From positions 2,046,001 through 2,110,000 of the forward strand of contig OZ193909.1 in assembly GCA_964276515.1 (NCBI GenBank): a stretch of DNA of 64,000 nucleotides, in the 5' to 3' direction. The first letter of the stretch is position 1. Every line of letters starts with the position of its first letter. A model generated the notes under the pieces. It ran no database searches, was not told the DNA's origin, and saw only the letters and a list, made by a program, of their open reading frames with translations. This DNA is from Gordius albopunctatus. Its lineage: Eukaryota. Of this stretch, positions 13,640 to 50,500 are shown piece after piece. The position numbers and the translations under genes are program-made.

Positions 13640-14374
13640 CAGTCTTGTTAAGGAGCGGCGCTCCGGAGCGCCGCTACATTTTTTCAAAAAAGCTGGAGAG
13701 CCCCTCCTTTTTAAAAATGAGGAGCGGGCGCGGGAGTAGCTCCTTTTAGGGCTGGAGCGGAGGAGCAAATTTAATATATGAATTATATTATTTTTTAAAT
13801 TATAATAATATTTGTTAATTAAAATTTAACGAAAATATTTATTTATCTTATTTAAATTTATTCATTATTAAATGTTGAGCCGAGTTTTATATTGATTTTT
13901 CATCTAATCATTTGAAACACTAAACATAAGTTTTTCCTTTTTATATTGAAAGTTTTTTGAAAAATCTTGTAAGTCATATTAATATTCATTTTATAGATAT
14001 ATAATAAAAAATAGTTTTAGTATGGATTTAGTTTTGGAGCGCCTATTTAGTATCGCAGAACAGGTCTTAGGGGAGAAGCGTGGGTGTTTGTTAGATTCTA
14101 ATTTAGAAAATTTATTACTTTTAAAAGCTAATAAAAGATTATAAATATTTTGATATATCATATAATATAAATAAAACGTTTTGATAAAAAATATATAATT
14201 TTGTTTCGTGTACCTTCTAAAAAATTAAAATCAAAGGAGTGGTTACGGAGCGGCACTCCATTAGTTGGAGCGGGAGCACTCCTTTTAATATGTAGTATCG
14301 GGAGCGGGAGTTCGCTCCTTTTTAGAAGCAGGGAGCGGGAGTCGCTACTTTTAAAAAGAGCTTTAACAAGACTG
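13640..14374 (+). mobile_element. Internally deleted hAT transposon (CAGTCTTGTTAA TIR)
   Basis: TIRs CAGTCTTGTTAA / TTAACAAGACTG; perfect 8-bp TSD GTTTTGTC; GGAGCG subterminal repeats; transposase C-terminal remnant ERLFSIAEQVLGEKRGCLLDSNLENLLLLKAN (~14037-14135). Confidence 0.9.
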
Positions 14375-16948
14375 GTTTTGTCATATGCATAACCTATGAC
14401 ATTATAAGATGAGTTGCCATTGGCAGGTGCATTCAAATTTACTATAATTTAGCAACATATATTAAATACACGAACCTATACTGTATTCGATTAATGACTA
14501 TTTAATCGCAAAGTTATTTAGAATTGTAGGGGAATTATTTGGAATATAAATTTGATTATAATGATTTTTCTCGTAAATTTAAAAACGTGCCTTTTAATTT
14601 AAAATTCAAATCCTGATGTTCTTAATCCTCTAAAAATGCTGCTTTTATTGTTGTGTTTATAACGTTAATTTGTGGAACTAGTTATCAATTCTGTAAATAA
14701 TAATAATATCATTAAAAGTCACTCGCACTTTATGGTTTATAACGCTATATTAAACATGCAATAAACACTATGGGCTATAATTGATGATGGTAATATCAAT
14801 GGAATGGACTTAAACGTTTGCCTTAAATATGTTAAGGTCTACTTTGAAGCTTTACCCAGGGTTAATTAAGGGTCTCAACTCACTCAATTATGCAACTAAG
14901 ACAACTATAGGCGAACTTATAATTTTTAAGTCTATTGAAAAACACAGTTCGATACAAATGTTATATTTTGCTAGACAATAAAATATAATTTTTTATACTT
15001 CAAATTTATTTATAGTTTTTTAGTCTGCACTTTCCATAGAAAATGTTATCCTTATGAATCAATTCATATCTTTATAATGACAATGGGATATCGTATCCCG
15101 CTAAATCTTTAAAACATTTGTGTATTAAAGTTTTTCAAAAAATATAACAGTTTGCCATTTCAATTTTTTAACACTTATATAATATTTTTAACAAAACAGG
15201 AAAAAATTTTATTCCGTATATATTTTTTTTTAAAAGTCGAGACGAGACGAGAATTCTCGTCGAGACGAGCCCTTGATTTTTCTAGACCGAGACGAGATCG
15301 AGATTTTAATAATCGCTCCTGAGACGAGATTTTGTTTTTGAGACCGAGACGAGACGAGATCAAAACACTAAAAACTTGAGATGATTTTATTTAAAAGATA
15401 TTATTATATGAATAGAGTCCTATTGTTAGTATATTATATAATATGTGAGCTAGAATAAATCCTAATTTTAGATTTGTGATAAATTCTGACATCCAAAAGT
15501 TTTTAAAATTTACAGACTTTTTAACCCACAAAAACTGTTTTTAGAGCGTATTAATTACTAAAATTTTACAACAAATAGATAGGCAGTGTAGATAGGCTAT
15601 GAATTAATCATTGTAGGTTTATTATATTTTTTTATCCTTGCACGACTTTGGAACTAATTTATGTTTATTGTCTCAACTTCCTAAATTTTAACTTAGCCTA
15701 TCGGTCAGAAAGGCTGACCTCTACATGTCCAAAGCCAGATAGCTTTAAATGACGTTTTAAACTTATTTCCACCTAGAATTCATTCTCAACATCTCGCATT
15801 CAAAAATCTTTAAAAATTGGTTAAAGCCAGAAGAAGGATGAGGCATCATACATTTTAATATTTTGGCTCGATTTTATTTGATGTAACAATTAATAATTTA
15901 AAACGATATTCCGTTATGATCATATATTAGAATTAGCCAAAATATAATCCCACTAAACTCATATGACCTCTGTGTCGTTTTTTATGCCATATGATATTAA
16001 TATTTTCATACTAATTATTATCCAAGAGTATTTCTATTTTGAATAAATTGACTTAACAATTAACGTTATTTTGTAGATTGACGGTGAAATAATTTATCAA
16101 TAGAATTTAAATGCAATCTATGGATAATTCTTTTAACTTAAAGCAAAAAAGAAAGGTATAGAAATTTTTTATAATTTCGCTAAGTAGTAACTTAGCGAAA
16201 ACGACGAATGATAAGGAAATAATAAAGGTTAATTGGAGAAACTTTGTGATGGTGAAATCAAGTTTCTTAACTTTTTTAGCATTTTAATATGCAATAAAAT
16301 AAAAAGTAACAAAATAATACACTATTTAAACAATCTTATTAAGCCCGAATTGCCCGAATCCTATCTTCGTGCCGCCCGCCCGGGCCCGCCCGAAAATAAA
16401 AATTTAAGACAGTTGCTCGTCTCTGGTGTAGGATCATAAAATGAAATAGTTTTAGCCAAAACACTCTTGTCGCTTAATTTGTAATATGGTTAAGCTATGA
16501 GATTTTTGTCATATTGTTTGCCACGTTGGTGGATGACAGTAATGGGAATATTTTAACTCATAACCCGGAGGCATTTAAGAAACGTTCAAAAAATATTTTT
16601 ACTTTACCTCCCTTACCCCTACCAACAATCTTTCCCCTCCTTATTATGCGCTTGAGAGGTGTTATAAGATTGCTAATGTGTGTGTATTTGTTTCATTCAT
16701 CTTATCTATCTCTTCTTTTCCTCACTTTTATATTTTTACCCGGTGTCCCTGTTTATCATTATCAACAAATTTTTGACACTTCTCTAATGACACTTACTCA
16801 ACACCGAGGAGAGCTATATTCGTTAAAACAAGACAATAATATTCCTGCCAACAAAAATAGTGTTAATTTTTATGAAACTTAAAGACTGTCGATGGAATAA
16901 ATTTTATAAGTTTTGAAAAAGGCCAAATTTTTATATAATACTTAGAGG

Positions 16949-40820
<23,872 letters not shown>

Positions 40821-42629
40821 TTTATTAACCATGTTCCCTTTAAATCGTTTCTTTACATATGATGAAAATATATTTATTTGTAAAGCCATGGCGTTTATGT
40901 CAAACAAATTTGCTCAATAAACTTAATCGCTGTCTATTATTAGTTTATTTATTATATATTACACCAGAGGATGATTTAAAAATGGCAAGATGATAAATTT
41001 TTTAAAGTTTCCTGCTAAATTATTATTTGAAAAATTCGATGACCTAAATTTAATGTTCCTATGTTACGGCATCTTTTTTCATGTTTAGCTGCGGGCAATA
41101 ATGATATAGAGAGGGACAAATTTTGAAATTTTAGCCATAATTTTAATAAATTTTTGGATTTACAGGGGGACAGCCGTCCCTCCCTGCCCCACTGGCTGCG
41201 CACGCCCAGGTTTGTTTACTAGCTTTGGCTTCAAAATAAACGGACAGTGGCCGTAAAAACGTGAGGTTTTATTTATAAATCATAATAAAATTTCAAAACT
41301 TTTTTGCCAAGTCCCCCTCTAGTGAAAATACATAAGTTTTAGCTTCGCTAAAATTGTTCAAAAAGTCTTTTCAGGTTTTTACAAGTCTGTGCCCTCTCTT
41401 TTAAATATTTAAAAACTAAAAATTAACTCAGAATTATTAAAGGACGGATTTCATAATAATTTTTATATATAAATATTTGAACTTGATTTTATAAAAGAAA
41501 TAAAAATTTAAGGGGGTCAGTTGCCCCCCCCCCGCCTCCTTGCTACTCTCAGGCTAAATTCTTGACTTGCAATTTGCTAGACGCGATACCAATTTATCGA
41601 TATAAAAATCGATAATTATAATGGTCAGTAGTGATAACTCCTTTAGAGTCACTATTATATTCATTCCATGGGTATGTTGCTATATATTTATATTTGGCCT
41701 TTAAATTTAGTTTGATTAATTCAATTTAAAATATCTATCAATAGAAAATGATTAAATTTTAGGCATAGATTATAATATAATTACTAAAATATTTTGCAAT
41801 ATCTTTTAAATTTATAATTAAAACTTATTTGATGATCATCTATGGTAACTTAAATTTGACTTAAGGCAACCTGTTATCATTCAATTATGTTTTCACTTAG
41901 TACATTTAATTTTATTCTTTCTACAATAATAATTATATCTTTAAATCTGTCAGAGTTATCAACAAATGTAGATAGCAGTTATGTAGTTTACTCTTACATT
42001 ATATAAGTCTTTTAATAAATGAAATAATAAATTCCACATATTCTAATCCATAATTACTAATATATATGAAATAATAGCCCATGAATTTTAGAAAAAAACT
42101 CTTTTGCCTTTTATTATGAATAAGTTAAATTTTATCTTAAGCCCTATTTAAAAGTTAAAAACAGTTTCCTTTTAATTTGTCAAAGCAAAAAGGTACAAGT
42201 TTTTTTTATTGTTTTCGAATCAAAGTTAAGATAATCAAAATTTGTAAACTAAAAAAATTCCATTTATATTTCTTGCAAAAAATGAAAAAAGGAAACTCTA
42301 AAAACAGGCAATAAATTTGGTGTAGGTAGATAAAGAATAAAAAATATTACCACCAATAGTGATTAAGTAAACCATTGACCCTATTATTTTATGTTTGCAT
42401 AAAGGTAAATAGGTTGTAGTGAAGGCTTATATTTACCACCATTTTAACCTGTGCAATTTTGGTATCATAAATTTTCTTTTAAATATATCTATTTTTCATC
42501 ACATTTAAAGGTAAATTACAGTCATAATTAAGCTAATGAATTTTTATTGACATTTCAAAATTTTAAATACAATCAGTTGGGGTCAATATTTTGTTTGTAT
42601 CAATTTAAAATAAAAGTGTTCCCTACAAT

Positions 42630-42745
42630 CATGGGTGTAACCAGCATTGGAATTAGAGGGGGCAAAATTATCTCTTTTTTTTTAATTTTAGCCATAATTT
42701 TAATAAATTGTAAACAGATTTTAGGATTTAGAGGTTACACCCATG
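42630..42745. mobile_element. CATGGGCGTAGCC-family MITE
   Basis: CATGGGTGTAACC / GGTTACACCCATG; flanks CCTACAAT / CCTATAAT. Confidence 0.8.
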
Positions 42746-43602
42746 CCTATAATATATTTATATTATTATAATTACGTACATTTATCTTTGTCTGTTATTA
42801 CTACTTTTTTTATTGTTCAAATTATTTCATAAAAATTATGTATTTTTTATAAATTTACACTTATCATTAGTAAGTGCTTTGTTTTTTATTTTGTATGCTA
42901 CATGAAATTAGATTAAGTAAAAATGATAATATAAATTGAGTATGTTATAAATAAATGGAGTTTAATATGGATTAAACTTTTAATTAAAAAGTTGATCATT
43001 CTGCCTCACCTTTTGATCCATACAGAGGAAGCTTAATTGACAAAATTGAAATGTTTTCTTACTTAATATTTTTAACTAACACCTAAAACAGACCATTTTT
43101 TAGTATCATTTTAAAGTTAAATTTTGTTTAAAAGTTTTTTTAATTTTTGAACCTAACTATAGTTGGTGATAGAACTTTCATAGCTGTTTTTAAAAGTTGC
43201 AGTCAGTTTATATTTTAAACCAATTAAATAATAAAACTTAACCTTATCTGAGTTATACTAAATTGCATATTTGTTTAATATCTATAACTAAAAATTTGAA
43301 GGGAAAAATCTACGCCGCCATATTAACAAATTATATTTACCATTTAATCCTTTTTTCCGATTAAAACTATTTCATGGTTCATGTTGCCCAGTTTCATTTA
43401 TCGTTATAAGAATGACATTATGGTCATGGTAAATCTAGTTTATAGCCTAAAATAATTTATATGAATTTTTAATTCGTGTTTTAATGTGGACTTTCGACTT
43501 TATAATAAATTTATTTGCTTTCGCAAGAAAATAATTGCCTTCTTATCTCCATTTGCAACTATTTTTCCATATAAAGTAATTATATGCGACAAATGTTTTT
43601 TA

Positions 43603-44625
43603 TAGTGCTGTAAACATTTGTAAAATATCGAACGCGTTCAACGTTCATTGACAAAAATCGAACGCGTTCACGTTCACGTTCGTCTAAAAAGAAAAGGAAC
43701 GCGTTCACGTTCATGAATGCGTTCACGTTCGTTCAAAATTTTATGATACATTTTTTAAAGTTTAATTTAATATAAATAAATGTCTTATATTTTTTAATAC
43801 AATAAATAGCCTTGATGAAAAAATATAGTTTTATTTCGACATAATAATTATAAATCAATATAATCTGTTTTCTTATTTATTTTTAGAAATAATTGTTTTT
43901 CAAAATTGTCTTCTGATAAGCAGGAACGCTTGGCAGTTAATACAGCATTAGCTATACTAAAAACCTGCTCCACAGGGGCAGATGAGGGGATTGGAGTATT
44001 ATATTTAATAAACAAACTTTTTAGAGGAGAAAATTTCTTAAAAACTTTTAATGTTTTGTCCCTCGCTTCAAAAAATTGCGACAAGATATCATCCTCCAAT
44101 GCGCCCTCTACTTCCTCGCCAAAAAATGATATCTCGGAATTGACAGCTCTTTCATTATCAATTCTAGGGGTTTCAATAACACTAAAAGTTTATTCTTTAT
44201 AGGTTCATTTTAATTATTGAATTTGATCTTTTATATGAAACGAGTGAAAAATATTTTTCATATTTTGGCCATGTCAATTTCAATTCATCTGCTGATTTTG
44301 AATATTCAGAATATGAAGATGACGACGATATAATATTAGTCCATATTAACCTATAAATTAAACTATAATTAATAATATCAAATTAATTCACTTTAATCTC
44401 ATCTTCTTTTGCACGTTATAGTATGTTAAAAGTATTTCGGAATTGGTAATAGGAAACAGGAAAAACAGCTGATTAAAAAATATAATACTTTTTTGTTAAA
44501 AATTCGGATTGACATTAATTTTCAAATAAATAAAAACAAAAAAGGGTTTTTAAAATTGAACGAACGTTAAATTCAAACGCGTTCATCAAAAAAGGAACGC
44601 GTTCACGTTCAAAGTTCACCAAAAA
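43603..44625 (-). mobile_element. Degenerate hAT transposon with C-terminal dimerisation-domain remnant
   Basis: ORF 44099-43848 FIKYNTPIPSSAPVEQVFSIANAVLTAKRSCLSEDNFEKQLFLKIN; GAACGCGTTCACGTTC subterminal repeats at both ends; left end TAGTGCTGTAAAC. Confidence 0.75.
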
Positions 44626-45096
44626 ATAAAAGAACTAGTTTTTTATAATTAAAAAATAGAGTTTTTTTAGACAAATATAAAAAAATTACCTTATTTGCCC
44701 TATTAAATAAAATGTTTATAAAATGTTTGAGTCATCTGCTACAAAATTAAATATAAATTAGCCAGCGAGAAAATAAAATGATGACTTTGTTTAGCCCTGT
44801 TTTATATTCTAATTTAGTTCAACATTTTTTCTTAAAATTCGTCTGCTTTTTGACGTCACTTTAAATATAAATTCAGCCTTGGGGTAATAGTAATATACAC
44901 CTACTTACAAAATGATTCAATTTTATATTTTGATAGGTTTTAGATTCTTAATGTGTTGAGATATTAATCTTAAGGAATTACAATTTTCCTTATTGGATAA
45001 TTGATTCTCAAATTTCGAAACTAGATTTATTTAAAATTTATTAAAGAGATGAATTGATTTTTCAGGTAACATTTAAAGGATGTTAAATTTTCTTTA

Positions 45097-46040
45097 TCAT
45101 GTATTAGTAGGTCCCAGGGTCGTGGGGTTTGTTTTGATTAGTTTCTTCCAATTTGATCGGTTAAGGGCTATCTCCTGATTTATCTTCTTAGTTTTCATAA
45201 CTTTATACATTTGCCCTTTTCTCGTGACACGAGGTCGTCCTCTTCCTCTCTTCCCAAGCACCTCCATTTTTGGTACTTTTCGATTAAAATCAGTCTTGTT
45301 AACGCTCCTTTTTAAAATTAGCGAATCCCACTCCCGCTCCTGCCTTCGCAAAAGGAGCGAACTCCCGATCCCGTTACTATATATTAAAAGGAGCGCTCCC
45401 GCTCCAACTAATGGAGTGCCGCTCCATAACCACTCCTTTGATTTTCATTTTTTAGAAGGTACACGAAACAAAATTATATATTTTTTATCAAAACGTTTTA
45501 TTTATATTATATGATATATCAAAATATTTATAATCTTTTATTAGCTTTTAGAAGTAATAAATTTTCTAAATTAGAATCTAACAAACGCCCACGCTTCTCC
45601 CCTAAGACCTGTTTTGCGATATTAAATAGGCACTCCACAACTGAATCCATAATAAAACTATTTTTTATTATATATCTATACAATGAATATTAATATGACT
45701 TACAAGATTTTTCAAGAAAATTTCAAATGATTAGATGAAAAATCAATATAAAACTCGGCTCAACATTTAATAATGAATAAATTTAAATAAAATAAAATTA
45801 TATTTTCATTAAATTTTAATTAACAAATATTATTAATATTTAAAATATAATATAATTTATATATTAAATTTAAAGGAGCGGATGAGCGGCGCTCCTCAGC
45901 TCTACGCCCTAAAAGGGTAGCGCCGCTCCTTAACAAGACTGATTAAAATCATTTCTTAGTATATGACCATACCAACTTAGCCTATTTTTGATAATCAAGT
46001 CCGCCATAAGTTAAATACCCATTTTTGCCCTGAGACTGTC
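45097..46040 (-). mobile_element. Old RTE 3' fragment interrupted by a hAT element
   Basis: NRLSWYGHILRND (~45990-45950) joins KVPKMEVLGKRGRGRPRVT...NWKKLIKTNPT across the hAT insertion. Confidence 0.7.
45291..45941 (-). mobile_element. hAT derivative, second copy of 13640-14374 in reverse orientation
   Basis: TIRs CAGTCTTGTTAA / TTAACAAGACTG; perfect TSD ATTAAAAT. Confidence 0.9.
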
Positions 46041-46362
46041 ATATGGCCGAGCTCATGGGCGTAGCCGGGGGGGGGCGGCTGTCCCCCTATAAATCCAAAA
46101 ACTTGTTAATATTTGTTAAAATTATGGCTAAAATTTCAAAAAATGATCATTTTCCTCCACCCTAAATCATTATTGCCCCCTTCTAATTCCAATGCTGGCT
46201 ACGCTTTTGAATACTTTCATTGAAAATGGTGGTTATTGCATTGACGTTTTCAGACATGTGTATAGCCTGAGCGAAACGCGGAGGGCCAGCTAAATTCTAA
46301 ATTATTTAAGAAATTTGAAGTTTAAATTCAATAAAAATCGTAATTTTGCTTGCCTCTTAATT

Positions 46363-46732
46363 ACACTGTTCATCAAGAAAAATCAACTTAAGTTTTGGGC
46401 AATTTGTCAATGTAAAAATATATAAATAAGTAAATTTTTAATATATATCAAAAAATAATAGAGCTAAGGTAAAAAGGATTTTTTAATGGATTCCTCTCCT
46501 TTTTATTTATAAATCCGATTTATTAAACTAAAATTTTACCGATTAATTAGCAAGTTATTGACGTTTGAAAAACGACAAAATCGTTGTTTTTAGCAACTTT
46601 GACAGCAAATAAAAACTTGACCTTTAGGGAAAAAACGAAAAAATATATTTGTGTTCACCGTAAAAAACTTTATTAGAACCTGCAAACAGTTTGCCGATTG
46701 ATTATACAAGTCCATTATTTATTGAACAGTGT
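46363..46732. mobile_element. ACACTGTTCA-TIR MITE
   Basis: ACACTGTTCA ... TGAACAGTGT ends with TA flanks; related sequence at ~22660-23225, 24787-25011 and 30700-30910. Confidence 0.6.
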
Positions 46733-47086
46733 TATTTAAATTCTTTTAATGAATGTCCGTTAGGTGTAAAGTTTTTTGACTTTAGTGGAGAAGGAGGGGC
46801 AAATAATCCCCTTATGCCTCCCCCCCCCGACTACGGCCACGATTGCCAAGCTTGTTAAAACCCAAAGTTGGGTGTGAGGAAAAAATCCAATATGGCTAAA
46901 ATTTCAATTTTTTTTTAATTTTGCCCCTCCTTAATCCAATCCTGGCTAGGCCCCTGAAAATGGGTTTAAATTTCATAGCAAGATTAAAAAAACGAAATAT
47001 GACTTATTATTGTTGAAATCGAATAAAGTTCCCGTATATTATAATATTTGTGTAAGACGATTATAGTTTTTCCCCTCTAACTTATT

Positions 47087-47240
47087 CACGGGCGTAGCCA
47101 GGTTTTGGATTAAGGGGGGTGGCGAAAATGTTTTTGAGTTCAATTGGGGGGGGGGGCAAAATAAAATTTTTTCCATTTTTAAGTGTTTTTGTTTTGAAAT
47201 TTTTTTGTCATGCCTCCCCCCCCCCCGGGCTACGCCCATG
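47087..47240. mobile_element. CATGGGCGTAGCC-family hAT-type MITE
   Basis: CACGGGCGTAGCC / GGCTACGCCCATG with perfect 8-bp TSD AACTTATT. Confidence 0.9.
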
Positions 47241-47592
47241 AACTTATTGATTCCACAAATTGGGAGTCGAATAACTTTGAAAATATTTCGCAAAAATTAA
47301 AAATAAATATTACAAAAGTTATGTTTACAGTCGCAGCCCGACCCCTCTGAGTAAATAACAAACAGGCAGGTAGGTGGTTAGGTATGCCCGAATAGTAGTG
47401 AGTAATAAATAAGTAGCAGTGCGTGCGTGTAAGATTCTCATAGGTTCATTCAATATTCGCCCTTAATTTTCACTATATCCCCCCCTAAAATGCCGATTTT
47501 TTCCTGAAACATATCTGTAAAAAGTTTAATTTTCCAGACTCATTTTATTATATTTTGCTATTTTTTTCGCAATTTATTAGCGCGACCGAATT

Positions 47593-50500
47593 ATGGAAGA
47601 CTTATTGAGGTAAAATCCAGCATTTATTTATTTTTTATAAGGATTTTGATGCTTATTATATTTGTAAAATCATTTTTTTAAAAACTTATTTAAGAGTAAA
47701 TTTCAATTTTTAAAGAGCTATTGGTTATTCTATCATTTTAAAACTTAATATGTGTTGTAGATTTGAACATCCATAGTGTTGTCAATACTAAATTATAAAA
47801 ATTTACGATTTGATGATATTAGTGTTATTTTAGTTTTACCTGTAATTTTGTTAAATGTTTAATATAATTTGGAATTTTTTATAAAAAAGGGGACTCTGCC
47901 TTCTTATGGCTATACCCATGATGACTAATCAAAAATTTCTATTTATTTGTTAGGATAAAATAATTTTTATGGTAATTCATGTCTTTATAGCCTACCTAAT
48001 TAAAGGAATGAATTTTATTTGGTTCCTAAATTTCACAATTATCATGTAAGTGGGGTTGATGACAAAAATTTACGTAGGCGTTTAAACTATATATTGCATA
48101 GGAATTATTAAAACTCTAATATCTATTAGAATTAAGTTCATACTAGTGTTGTAAAAACGGCTAGGTTTTGTTTGCTTGACCTTTGCTTTAAATCGACTAA
48201 ACATAATGGACTAAACCTATTTTCGTCTGCTTTTCTTAGTCGAGCCTTAGGCTTAGTCGAAATTTTTAAAACAGACCAGAGCATGGGCGTACCCAGGTTT
48301 TGAATTGGGCAGGGGGGGGGGCAAAACGTTTAAAATTTCATTTAGAGGGGGGGGGGGGGCAAAAGATAAATTTTTTAATTTTTTTGCATTGAAAAATTTT
48401 TTCCTCTTAAATTAAGTTCATTTAGAGGGGGGGGGGGCAAAAGATAAATTTTTTAATTTTTTTGCATTGAAAAATTTTTTCCTCTTAAATTAAGTTCATT
48501 TAGAGGGGGGGGCAAAAGATAAATTTTTTAATTTTTTTGCATTGAAAAATTTTTTCCTCTTAAATTAAGTTCATTTAGAGGGGGGGGGGGGCAAAAGATA
48601 AATTTTTTAATTTTTTTGCATTGAAAAATTTTTTCCTCTTAAATTAAGTTCATTTAGAGGGGGGGGGGGCAAAAGATAAATTTTTTAATTTTTTTGCATT
48701 GAAAAATTTTTTCCTCTTAAATTAAGTTCATTTAGAGGGGGGGGGGGGCAAAAGATAAATTTTTTAATTTTTTTGCATTGAAAAATTTTTTCCTCTTAAA
48801 TTAAGTTCATTTAGAGGGGGGGGCAAAAGATAAATTTTTTAATTTTTTTGCATTGAAAAATTTTTTCCTCTTAAATTAAGTTCATTTAGAGGGGGGGGGG
48901 GGCAAAAGATAAATTTTTTAATTTTTTTGCATTGAAAAATTTTTTCCTCTTAAATTAAGTTCATTTAGAGGGGGGGGGGGGCAAAAGATAAATTTTTTAA
49001 TTTTTTTGCATTGAAAAATTTTTTCCTCTTAAATTAAGTTCATTTAGAGGGGGGGGCAAAAGATAAATTTTTTAATTTTTTTGCATTGAAAAATTTTTTC
49101 CTCTTAAATTAAGTTCATTTAGAGGGGGGGGGGGGCAAAAGATAAATTTTTTAATTTTTTTGCATTGAAAAATTTTTTCCTCTTAAATTAAGTTCATTTA
49201 GAGGGGGGGGGGGCAAAAGATAAATTTTTTAATTTTTTTGCATTGAAAAATTTTTTCCTCTTAAATTAAGTTCATTTAGAGGGGGGGGGGCAAAAGATAA
49301 ATTTTTTAATTTTTTTGCATTGAAAAATTTTTTCCTCTTAAATTAAGTTCATTTAGAGGGGGGGGGGCAAAAGATAAATTTTTTAATTTTTTTGCATTGA
49401 AAAATTTTTTCCTCTTAAATTAAGTTCATTTAGAGGGGGGGGGGGGCAAAAGATAAATTTTTTAATTTTTTTGCATTGAAAAATTTTTTCCTCTTAAATT
49501 AAGTTCATTTAGAGGGGGGGGGCAAAAGATAAATTTTTTAATTTTTTTGCATTGAAAAATTTTTTCCTCTTAAATTAAGTTCATTTAGAGGGGGGGGCAA
49601 AAGATAAATTTTTTAATTTTTTTGCATTGAAAAATTTTTTCCTCTTAAATTAAGTTCATTTAGAGGGGGGGGGGGCAAAAGATAAATTTTTTAATTTTTT
49701 TGCATTGAAAAATTTTTTCCTCTTAAATTAAGTTCATTTAGAGGGGGGGGGGGCAAAAGAAAAATTTTTTAATTTTTTTGCATTGAAAAATTTTTTCCTC
49801 TTAAATTAAGTTCATTTAGAGGGGGGGGGGGCAAAAGATAAATTTTTTAATTTTTTTGCATTGAAAAATTTTTTCCTCTTAAATTAAGTTCATTTAGAGG
49901 GGGGGGGGGCAAAAGATAAATTTTTTAATTTTTTTGCATTGAAAAATTTTTTCCTCTTAAATTAAGTTCATTTAGAGGGGGGGGGGGGCAAAAGATAAAT
50001 TTTTTAATTTTTTTGCATTGAAAAATTTTTTCCTCTTAAATTAAGTTCATTTAGAGGGGGGGGGCAAAAGATAAATTTTTTAATTTTTTTGCATTGAAAA
50101 ATTTTTTCCTCTTAAATTAAGTTCATTTAGAGGGGGGGGGGGCAAAAGATAAATTTTTTAATTTTTTTGCATTGAAAAATTTTTTCCTCTTAAATTAAGT
50201 TCATTTAGAGGGGGGGGGGCAAAAGAAAAATTTTTTAATTTTTTTGCATTGAAAAATTTTTTCCTCTTAAATTAAGTTCATTTAGAGGGGGGGGGGCAAA
50301 AGATAAATTTTTTAATTTTTTTGCATTGAAAAATTTTTTCCTCTTAAATTAAGTTCATTTAGAGGGGGGGGGGGGCAAAAGATAAATTTTTTAATTTTTT
50401 TGCATTGAAAAATTTTTTCCTCTTAAATTAAGTTCATTTAGAGGGGGGGGGGCAAAAGATAAATTTTTTAATTTTTTTGCATTGAAAAATTTTTTCCTCT

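Larger units (their letters stand above)
9990..15370. mobile_element. Degenerate hAT-like TIR element with GAGACGAGA subterminal repeats, hosting two later insertions
   Basis: Ends TAGTGATG... (9990) and ...AAAACACTA (15370); inverted TCTCGTCTCG/GAGACGAGA arrays at both ends; flanks CAAACTTG / AAAACTTG (7/8 match, 8-bp TSD-like). Confidence 0.6.

Noticed and set aside
16175..16200. Perfect 11-bp hairpin TTTCGCTAAGT-AGTA-ACTTAGCGAAA
   Set aside because: No Helitron-type CTRR end or ncRNA context; cannot assign a function.
16514..16882. 122-aa ORF upstream of PKG
   Set aside because: TTG start, no motifs, no supported splice to PKG; more likely promoter/5'UTR.
46262..46295. Helitron-like 3' end (GCGAAACGCGGAGGGCCAGCTA)
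   Set aside because: Too degenerate, with no matching 5' TC end or second copy in the window.
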